Part shown: positions 54,701 to 64,000 of the stretch, in pieces | Numbering within the stretch: position 1 is the first letter of the stretch | How the letters are laid out: each line of letters starts with the position of its first letter | Origin: Magallana gigas | Taxonomy: Eukaryota | Direction: 5' to 3' | Assembly: GCF_963853765.1 (NCBI RefSeq) | Contig: NC_088854.1 | Span: forward strand, 19,468,001-19,532,000 | DNA length: 64,000 nt | Program-made: the position numbers and the translations under genes | Notes under the pieces: generated by a model | Told to the model about the DNA's origin: nothing | Seen by the model: the letters and a program-made list of their open reading frames with translations, nothing else | Databases searched by the model: none

Positions 54701-56677
54701 TTGGAAAATTTTACAAAAGGAGATGTCACGGCGTCCTGACGGTGAACGAGGCGTTCTTACGGAGCTCCCACGGCGTGTAACTGTGTTTCCACGGAGTTCT
54801 ACTTGGCGATTAACTGCGCTCTCACTGAGTCTCCGCCGAGCACTCATGACGTGCTAGGAGTTATAACCGCGCGTCCACGGCGTGCTCTGTGTGCTGACTG
54901 CGTGCACGAGACGTTCTATACTTCTTTGTACCGTAGGTTAATATTAATTTGTACAATTGTATGGGAAACAAACAAGAATTTACAACTAGAAAATAAATGA
55001 TTATAAAATCATTTTGATTTTATGAAAAGGTACACTGTAATTGAAACATAACTACTTCTAACCAATTTGTGAATGACTAGAACAAAACTCTCAGTAGTCA
55101 GGTCTACAAAAAAGATCCGTTATTAGTTGTTAGAAAACATAGAAAAGATGTGAAAACATCAGAACCAAATGTCATGAATTCCATCTATGTCCATTGATAG
55201 GTCTTGGAATATTAGCAAATGCTACTTTTTACATAGTCATCTACATCCAATTTCATAATTATTACATCGCTTGCTATTGTACAACAGCCATTGTTCGAGT
55301 TTTCGTGGTCTTGATGACAACGCACTAGAAACGCCGTGGGAGTGCGGTATAAACGCAGAGGGAACGTCATGAGAGCGCAATGAACGCAGCAATAGCTCGT
55401 TGGGGTCGCTGTGTAAATGCAGCCAAATGAAAAACAACTTGTTCAAACGCTGTGGATGCGCAGTGAGAGCCCAGTGAAAGCACGATAGAGACGCAGTGAG
55501 ATCCCAAAGGACTCCATGAGGTCTCCGTGCAAGCGCAATTGACTTGTCACTGCGTCTTCACTGCGATTAGCTGCTTTTCTTGAGCGCGCCGACGTAGCTC
55601 TCGTGGCGCTGTTGGATATCTTACGGTGCTGTCACGGCTACTTCACTACGCTTCTACAGCGTGTTTATCAGAACGCAGAGCCACGGCGCGTACTTTGTGC
55701 ATGTTCAAAGTGCACGCGTCGCATGGCGTTCTAAAATGTTCAAGGCGATCCCACCGTGACGGACGAAGATGCTGTTGCGTTGTTACGGCGCTGTAGGAGA
55801 CTCTACTGCGTTTTCCTTGGCGTTTTACATTATTTAAGGACGCAGCGGGATCGCCGTGAGGACACAGCTCTGGTGTGACAGGGGTTAAACATATCGTCAT
55901 TAAGTTATCTCTTAACAAATTATAACTTTAGGAAATAGTCAAATTTTCCTTTATTCAATTTTAAGTTTGGACCCCGAAATCATGGCCCCGTGACAATTCC
56001 TGTGGTGACAGAATTGATCAAACATGGCCGCACCTTAAGGCTGCAGTCATTCAACCAGTATAGAAAGAGATTTGACATGGAGCCTATCAAGTCTTTTGAA
56101 GAACTGACAGGCAAGTATTGAGGCATTAATTTTCTTGTAAAGCTTCGAATCAGAAGAAGTATGATTCCAAGTTCTTAAACTTAATTACCCTAGCTTTTGG
56201 TAACTTGGCAACCAAATTGCATGAAGCTTAATTTGCATCCAAAGTGATCAAAATGCATATATAAGAGTAGGACATTGTATTTCATTTTAAATTGAAATTT
56301 CATTGCTTATATTTATAGGAGAGAAGAAAATGGCCAAGCAACTTGAGGATTTCTATGGTGATGTTAATGCTGTGGAGTTTTATGTAGGATTGATAATGGA
56401 GAAAAGAAGACACAATTCTATGTTTGGTGACTCTTTGGTACAAATTGGTGCCCCGTATTCTGTGAAGGGTCTGATGGCAAATCCTATCTGTAGTCCCAAG
56501 TACTGGAAACCTTCTACGTTTGGTGGAGAGGTTGGGTTCAACATAGTAAAAACTTCTTCACTTAAAAAACTGTTTTGTGAAAATATCAAAGGAGAATGTC
56601 CATTAGTATCATTTAGAGTCCCAGACTATGTTGAGGGAGATGTAACAGAATTCATCAACCAAAAACTAGAATTATAA
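48763..56677 (+). CDS. PTGS2: Cyclooxygenase / prostaglandin G/H synthase (probably co-orthologous to vertebrate PTGS1 and PTGS2), 585 aa, 10 coding exons
   Basis: Exons 48763-48811, 49056-49175, 50201-50344, 51041-51184, 51737-51915, 53222-53305, 53607-53853, 53956-54242, 55966-56110 and 56319-56677 join in frame (1758 nt). Signal peptide MWWRAVILVSFIAPALG, EGF domain NPCCSYPCENNGVC, membrane-binding helices, MRSDMIDSPPTY (Arg120), FAQHFTH (His207), WLREHNRVCD, EFNHLYHWHPLMP (Tyr385, His388), GAPYSVKGL (Ser530), C-terminal KLEL. The acceptor at 48746-48747 shows a 5'-UTR intron. The symbol reflects nearest similarity, not proven 1:1 orthology. Confidence 0.97.
52130..52385 (-). mobile_element. 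tRNA-derived SINE with a conserved central domain (V/Meta-domain-like)
   Basis: Minus strand reads a tRNA-like head (GGTTCAAGCC B-box), then GGTTAACCTGCAAAGACTTGCGTCCCATCCAGGG ... CACAGAAAC..GAGATAAGCACTGGC, resembling SINE central domains as recalled. Confidence 0.6.
52882..53043. mobile_element. Tc1/mariner-type MITE, family A
   Basis: TA|CAGTAAAACATGG ... ATGTTTTACTG|TA. Shares CACTTCGCTGTAAGCGTCAATTCATTATAAGCATG with 18190-18367. Confidence 0.75.
54596..55885. mobile_element. PIF/Harbinger-like non-autonomous element in COX coding intron 8
   Basis: TAA|GGCCCTGTCACACCA ... TGGTGTGACAGGGGT|TAA (3-bp TAA TSD). GC- and CpG-rich relative to its flanks, with about 8 exact CACGGCG copies. Confidence 0.8.
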
Positions 56678-57001
56678 CACTGCATTTCATTTTAATGGCA
56701 TTGTGTTTCAAACAAAACTTTAGTAAAGCATTTCAAATGTTGTCATGAAATTTGACTGATATTGTACTGTGAGTGTGTAAATGCTTAGTTATGCATTATT
56801 TTCATTCTTAAAAATCACTTTCTGAATTTAGTAGCATTTAAAATGTCTGTTAATATTTTTATAGATGTTATGAATTTGAAATCTGAAATCCATCATCTTA
56901 GTCTGTAGTTAGTTGAGAGTGTCAGTCTATTATCACTTTATCATATCTTGAATGACAGTTATATGGTAATTAAAACAGCAATTTGTACTCATTTGTTAGA
57001 T

Positions 57002-57006
<5 letters not shown>

Positions 57007-57050
<44 letters not shown>
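57007..57050. repeat. (GA)22 microsatellite in the probable COX 3'-UTR
   Basis: Perfect GA run. Confidence 0.95.
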
Positions 57051-57053
<3 letters not shown>

Positions 57054-57353
57054 ACTGGTTGATGTTAAATTGCTAGAAAGGAAATGGTATGCACACTATG
57101 TACACTTGATAATACATGTACAAATACCTGTTTTTCAGATGTACATGTACATGAGTTATTGTGTTCTTTTAGATTCAGTACATGTATACTTGGATTTTAT
57201 ATTGTATACACTATGTTAAAAGAATTTCTCCTTTAATTTTTTTGCATTATAAGTGTGTTACTGGTAGGGCAAAACCTTATCTAAACATTATAAAGTCATC
57301 CATCATAAAATTACATGTAGTTTGACATACATGTGTAGTTTTTGACATAAATG

Positions 57354-57532
57354 TACAGTCAAACTTCGTTATCTCAAACTAGATGGGACTGTTCAAAACC
57401 TTCGAGATATCCGAGTATTCGAGATATTGTGAGTAAAATACTTAAAATATAAGTAGTTGGGACTTACAAATCACTTCGATACATCTATTGTATTCAAGAT
57501 ATCAGTGTTCGAGATATCGAAATTCAACTGTA
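57354..57532. mobile_element. TA-flanked Tc1/mariner-type MITE
   Basis: TA|CAGTCAAACTTCGTTATCTC ... GATATCGAAATTCAACTG|TA. Confidence 0.65.
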
Positions 57533-59249
57533 TATACACATAAATATTCCATGTCTTTTTTCTCAAGACAAGGTTAATGGCCAGTTTTGCTCCCATGTAA
57601 AAGAAATTAGGTTGTTAACTCTTAGATTTTTGTAGTAGTAATACAAGTTTCCACTTTTGTTTGCAAAGGATGAGAATCATCTTCACTCCTCTGTGAAAGG
57701 AATGGGTATTTGTTGTTTTCACTATAAGAAGAATGTGCACATTTCTTATAAGATGTTACAGTTCACCTTTTGAACCACATGGTGTATTTACATGTTGATC
57801 TTCTTTTCAATGTTTAATATAAAGTTATGGTGTATTAACATGTTGATCTTCTTTTCGGTGTTTTTTATATAGAGTTTAACAAAAATTAAATTCAATTAAA
57901 AGTTACCTGTATTTGTTATTGCTTTTATTATGCTTTGATAGCCATATGCAAGAACTACTGATCCCACCAAACTTTCATCGATGGTGCATCTTATAATACA
58001 TGTACTTATGCACTTGACAGGCTTGAATGCAGATCTGAGACACAGGTTTCAGATGCTGGATGAGGTTATTAAAGTAAATGAACTGACTTACAATTAACTA
58101 CCAGTAGTGTCTAATTATAACATCACTTTGGGTAAGATTAAAGAATATACAGTGTATCAACAATTTATAACATTATATTTAGAACATTCAGTGTATATTT
58201 TCCCTTATGTTTGCATTGGAAATCTGCAACATTCAATTTTCTATGAATACACTTTTCTAATCCATGCGCCATATGATAAGCACAAATACACACGTCTTCA
58301 CATGTTTTGAGTATCGGTATATTCATTTTTGTAAGATTAAATAAAACGTTCAATCTTACATAACCAATTTGAATTTTTATATGTACTTTTGAAACATAAT
58401 TATTAAATTATCTACTCCTGAATAAAAATTCTTTTTCTTTACAAAGTTGCAGCCATAAATACATGTATATTTCTAGTCGCAGAGGCGAGCTAAATAACAT
58501 GATAATATGGCTAATCCATGTATGTTTCGTATCCCTTACAGCGTATATAATGGCTTTACAGCGAAATACACATATATTTCATAGAAATAGACATCAGTAT
58601 GAATATAGATAAAAGGATTGTATGCTTATTTTTGGATGTCGTCGATCCTGTAACACACCAAGCGGTGCAGACAAATCATCATACCGCACTAACGCGTGTT
58701 ACACTGCTTAGTACTGTATTACAGGACCGACAACATCCAAAAATAAGCATTCAATGCTTAATTGATATCCACTGCATATGGAGCTAAACATGTGATAAAT
58801 ATTAAGTACGGGATAATCCAACTGAATCCACATTCACAGTAAAAAAAATTAACAGAAAAGAGGTTCTTGTTAAAAGGTGATCTGAGTTTTGTCATGATGG
58901 ATAAAACTTTTGATCTGCCCCTTGCTATTGTTGAATTGGCAAAAAAGAGACAAACATTAGAGTTAATTTTATTTTCATTGAAGTTTAGAAACCTTAGAAT
59001 CTTCAAAGAAAATAATTAATTGGACATAGGGTACAAAAAATAGCAAGATATTTCATGTATAACCACATCTTTTGAAAAAAGATGGCAAGTAAATGCCGCC
59101 TACTGGTAAGTTATGTATTTACAAAACTGATTGGTCAAGTGCCTTTACAATAGCTAGTTCAGTAAACTATGACACAATTTTTTTCATTCTGTCGCAAATG
59201 TTGTCTCATTAGGCCAAATACACATTTTGTACATTAAACTCTCAATTGT

Positions 59250-60017
59250 ATGGGGGCTGCACGTTTCTTCCAATAACATGCATCTCTCCTTGTTCCTGAT
59301 GTTGAAATATGCAGTAATGTCAAAAAGTGTACCACATCACTACACACAGGGTTCCCAATTTCATTTTTTCTGCAAAGGTTTTTATCAAAAATTTCAAATA
59401 TTTTTCATGCATTTGAGGCGACATTTAATACGCTGAAAAGGTTTATTCCTGAATCCAAAGAAACCACAACACACGTTCACATAAGACATGAATTCAATAT
59501 CATATTGTTAACTTTTATGTGCATGAACCGAACGAGTTCTGGCTTTTCCGTCAATAGAACAGGTATCTGTGTTTTATATAAGTTTAAAGGTAACTACCCT
59601 CTGTTTGTCGCCTGGTCGTAAATATTCAGCTGGGATGACGGTTTCGTTATTGCGAGAAAAATTAAGCTCGTATTTCAATGCACGGGATATTGACTTTACT
59701 GATGGCACGTTGTTAACGGTACATATCTGATCATCCAGCAATTTCTGACGGATTTTTTTGCAAATTATAGACGGTTCCTTCCATTTCTGATATTCAATAT
59801 ACTGTAGAACAGTCTGTGTTATTTTCCTGGGTCGCTCAGAAGGTTTTCTTCGTGTTCTTACGACGTGATTTTTTTCATAATCTTTGACAACATTTACACA
59901 AGTGCGTAAACATCGGCCCGTTTCCTTTTCGATTACTCTATAACTTTTACCTTGCAAATGCAACTTTACAATACGTTTTCTTTCTTCCTCCGATGTGTGC
60001 TTCCAAGAGGGCGCCAT
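59250..60017 (-). pseudogene. Decayed Tc1/mariner/IS630-type transposase with a paired-like DNA-binding domain
   Basis: ORF from ATG 60017: MAPSWKHTSEEERKRIVKLHLQGKSYRVIEKETGRC... (HTH), RPRKIT (GRPR-like linker) and ICTVNNVPSVKSISRAL (resembles the paired-domain motif C..TVPSVSSINR). It stops at 59574. Downstream frames give YVNVCCGFFG and SNA*KIFEIFDKNLCRKNEIGNPV, read as broken DDE-region remnants. No TIRs found. Confidence 0.7.
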
Positions 60018-61359
60018 GTTGTCAAATTGAGCGCGAGAGGACTGTGCAAGCACAGTAAAGGCTTTAGCTTGGTTCCCGAGGCCTTCCGATTGGAGGCCTT
60101 TCGAAATTCCTCGGACTTTTATTAAAAGAGAAGTTAATTAAGATATTTTTGGATCAGGTAAGTCCCATGTACACCAAAGATGGGAGCAAGGTCTTCAAAG
60201 CTAAATTGTAGTGGCAGGCGACCCAAAGAGGAACCGTATCATCCTAAAACAGACGACAGAATAATTGAAAACGGTTAGGCTTGTAAATGTTCGTTCTTTT
60301 TTATGTGTAACGTGAAGATTTGGAGTTTTTATCGGGAGTGGTTAAACAGTTGAAAGGCTACTCTAGCATAGCTAAAGTAATCGATAATTATATTTTAGAT
60401 AAATTTAAATACTTACAACATACAACTGCCTGTATTTATCATCTTTTGCTTCAATATTATCAAGATTATAGGCTAAGTTTTTTATTTAAAAAACCATTAA
60501 TGCATGAACATGTACATGTACGTAGGCCTATAACTTACTTAAGCGAAAGTAAAAAAAAATTCCAATGATGTTTTAGCTATTATTGTAGATCTATGTTAAT
60601 GTATGAAGTTGCACTTGGCAATAGTTTTGTGTAAAATGCTTTCTGACTCTTGACCCTTTATTTAAATTTGAGAGTCCAGAGGGTGTCTCGGATGATGCAT
60701 GATCCATCAACTGATCAATGTATTAATTTATACACGTGTATTACCCAGTCTATTTTCATAAAGTTTATATTTACCAGGACTGCGTTCAAGACTGTAGCAG
60801 CTAGCCTAGTGGCTAGGTCATAAATATCTAGGTCTATTGAAAGGCCCCCTAGTTTATCCACTATATATCTGACATTAGGTTGGAAATATTCAACTAAAGA
60901 CTAATTACATCAACATGATTTCTTCATTTCAAGTGGAAATGTAATTGTCAAAATTCATTATTACTATAATTATAGGATGAACAAAATATTATTTCGGTAA
61001 ACAAGATAGATATCATTTTTGTTACAAAGAAGTAACTAAGAAAGCCTTCAGTGACCCTTCACACTAACATCTGTGCTAACGAGAGATATTATTATAAGTT
61101 GTAGAACTTGTTTATCAATTGTTGTACAATAAATAAAGTTCAGTTTTTTAAAAAATAAAACCATCATGAATTTGATGCTTAGCATTAAAAATTTAGGCTT
61201 ATATACGTATATCTATGTATTTTGGCAGCTAGGTTAGCTAACTGTTCAACAGCGTATAGCCTGAATGTAGCAGCTATGATCTTGAACGCACCCAGGGCTT
61301 GATCACACATTTAAACCAATATTTACAATACTGAATGTTTTACCTTGCTTGATTTCTAG

Positions 61360-62734
61360 GAAAAGGGACCAAAGATCAAAACAAACCACACAGAAATTTC
61401 AAAATATCTAGTAAGGAGAATGTCCCAAAAAAGGTGCATCAAACTACGGAAAAAAGCTCTGAAGCATCAAGTGGTATTAAACCTAAACCTTATGGCAAGT
61501 ACCATTATCTTTTAAACAGATACATTAGCTGAAATTGTGTATGTGTTTAGTGCTGATACTGTCATTGACAAGTATATAATTTAATATATTCATTATTTCT
61601 TTCACATATGTCATCAACAGTTATATATACATGTAAACATGTTGTGATCATATAACATCCATAGCTCTTGTGTTAAGGTCTAGTACACAACAGAAGGGCT
61701 TAAAAACTCATTCTCAATTGTCATAGCTATGAGACTGTTTCATTTAAAAGAAATAAGCTTACTGGTACACTTTTATGTCAACATGGTTTGAAATAAATTA
61801 ATTAGACCCTAAAGAAAGATAATGAAATCAAACATTTGACATTAGAGTGTGCATTCATTGTCACCATTTGAGATATTACATATATATCTGTTACCAGGTA
61901 CTTGAAATTTCTCAGTGAAATGTATTGATACTGATTTAAACTGTGATGTAAAATTTGAACACATATTACATGTGAATTTGCACATTATTATGTAAATCAT
62001 GTCTCAAAGAGAATATATGATATTTATTAATATAATATAAAACATAAATTTCAGTGTCTTCAAATATATATTAATTGCATGTGTAAATACTTCAAATCTT
62101 ATAATACTGTACAGTCAGAGTTTCGGGAAAAGGTTAAATCACAGATAATATTAAAGTTTTCTTCATATATTATGACCATGCGTACATGACATGATTCTTC
62201 ACTATAATTTTTTTTTACATAGAATTTGCAAAAGGAAGAAAAGATCCTTCCGTTAGGAGCCCAGGTGATACAGTTTCTAAGTCTACCATAAGCAGCTTAG
62301 ATGAGACTGCCCCCAAGTCAGTCATAAGCAGCCCACATGAGACTGCACCCAAGTCAGTCATAAGCAGCCCAGATGAGACTGCCCCCAAGTCTCTTATAAA
62401 CAGCCCAGATGAGACTGCCCCCAAGTCTCTTATAAATAGCCCAGATGAAACTGCCCCCAAGTCAGTCATAAGCAGCCCAGATGAGACTGCCCCCAAGTCA
62501 GTCATAAGCAGCCCAGATGAGACTGCCCCCAAGTCAGTCATAAGCAGCCCAGATGCAGATCATAACAAAACAAAACTCAAAGAAATGGGGCATTCCTCTA
62601 TTCCTCCTTTGAACAATGATTCATCTTTAGATGTAGATTGCATTCCGTCACTGAATAGTGAACAAAGACGTCTTTCTTTGGATGCAAACATCGAATGGAC
62701 AGCAGAATATGGTGAAAATGATGAAAATGCAAAG
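61360..62734 (+). CDS. Unidentified gene (partial): low-complexity Ser/Lys/Pro-rich exons with a 12-aa repeat
   Basis: Exon 62223-62734 (acceptor TTTTACATAG, donor AAG|GTAATA) is open for 512 nt: EFAKGRKDPSVRSPGDTVSKSTISS-(DETAPKSVISSP)n-...-RRLSLDANIEWTAEYGENDENAK. The preceding exon 61360-61494 (acceptor TTTCTAG, donor G|GCAAGT) is phase-compatible. A probable non-coding exon ends at 60157 (CAG|GTAAGT). The start codon was not located. Confidence 0.6.
62258..62554 (+). repeat. 36-bp coding tandem repeat, about 8 copies
   Basis: Unit AGCCCAGATGAGACTGCCCCCAAGTCAGTCATAAGC, encoding SPDETAPKSVIS. Confidence 0.95.
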
Positions 62735-63423
62735 GTAATAATGCCTTAGTTGCTTTTTTGGTGACATAAGTTATCCTATATTGTCTGTCATTGTATATTG
62801 CTTCCTTAGCATTGGTCATGAACTTTTGAACACTTCAAATTTCTCTGAATCTATTTGGCCAAATTGACCAAATTTGTAATTTTGCATTTGTAGTAGAAGG
62901 GAAACACAAAAAGTGAAATTTGCTTTACAGGGTTAAGTATGCATGGTTATTTTTCCAGCTATGAAATTTAATCCCCACAGAATCATTTAAATCACAAATC
63001 AACTAAATTTCATCTTCATAAAAATATCTGCCTCGATCTACAGTAGTGAATGTGCATGAATTGTTAAGGATTCTCCTTCTTTTCTATGATGCATCTAGGA
63101 GGCAAAGCGAGTGCATGATAAAAATGATCACTGGAGCCTCTACCAAAATTGTAAAATTCTTGACTCAATGATAAGGGGATCTTGAAATAGGGAGGGTCAT
63201 ATTGATTATATTGTTTTATACTAAAAAATAGTGAAAATGCAATGGTTCTTAATTAACTTCTCCACTCCTGGACATCTAGGATGCAAACTAAGTCCTTTGT
63301 TAGAATGAGTAAGGAAGTCTCTAGCACCAAGACTGCAAAATATCATACAACTCCTTGGCCAGGGGTTCTGATGTGAGAGCGTGTTTCTAATGTGGCTAGG
63401 AAAAAGAGGACACAACTTTTGAT

Positions 63424-63912
63424 TACAGTAAAACTCGTTTAGAGCAAAGTCCTAGGGACCAATGGATTTACTTTGTTATATCAGTAATTCGTTATATCCG
63501 TATAACGAATTAGTAATAATAACTATAACAAATTCCCTATATACATGTTTTCTTTCACCAGACTATAATTTTTGCTAATTGAGGTTTATAATAAAAATAC
63601 ATTACTTTGATACCTTAAATAATTGGATTGTGAGTCGAAAAATTTATATGAAAATAAATTCATTCAATCTATTATATTAAATTATTTTTTAAATTGTAAT
63701 GAAATTCGTTATAAAAGTGTTAAATTTCTTTATTATTAACTTCTATGGGTCTCAAAATCAATTCGCTATATCCTTAAATTCGTTATATCCGAATTTGTTA
63801 TAACCGTAAAATTTTGTAAAGATTTGTTAAGAATTTTACCGGGGACTCAAATTTTTTTTACTATATCTGAGAATCGCTATATTTGTTTTCGTAATAAACA
63901 AGTTTTACTGTA
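63424..63912. mobile_element. Longer Tc1/mariner-type non-autonomous element related to family A
   Basis: TA|CAGTAAAACTCGTTT ... AAACAAGTTTTACTG|TA, with internal TTCGTTATATCC repeats. Confidence 0.65.
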
Positions 63913-64000
63913 TTTAGTTTATAAAGCATTTGTACTCTTTTAAAATGTTTCCAAATACCATGTGAAAATAAAAAAAAAATGGATTGGAATGTGGCACAAC

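Noticed and set aside
62215-62541. Minus-strand ORF (MTDLGAVSSGLL)n
   Set aside because: Antisense reading of the 36-bp repeat. The splice signals support the plus strand.

Overview
AT-rich, intron-containing animal genomic DNA, most likely from an oyster or related bivalve (inferred from Helentron/HINE and Cg170-like satellite repeats recognised from recall). Four genes were reconstructed by hand from splice sites. (1) The last 20 coding exons of UBR4 (+, <1-5576). (2) A complete cytosolic phospholipase A2 alpha-type gene (-, 18969-35638, 16 coding exons, 773 aa). (3) A complete cyclooxygenase/prostaglandin G/H synthase gene (+, 48763-56677, 10 coding exons, 585 aa). (4) The 5' part of an unidentified gene with a coding 36-bp tandem repeat (+, about 60.1-62.7 kb), lying back-to-back with a decayed paired-like Tc1/IS630 transposase. 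The main result is that cPLA2 and COX, consecutive enzymes of prostaglandin synthesis, sit head-to-head with start codons 13.1 kb apart. This is the same arrangement as vertebrate PLA2G4A-PTGS2, and a candidate shared bidirectional promoter lies at about 46.0-46.4 kb. The COX gene needs two GC-AG introns and has a mosaic COX-1/COX-2 active site. Introns and intergenic DNA are full of non-autonomous DNA transposons, HINEs and SINEs. All protein comparisons and family assignments are from recall; no alignment or database search was run.
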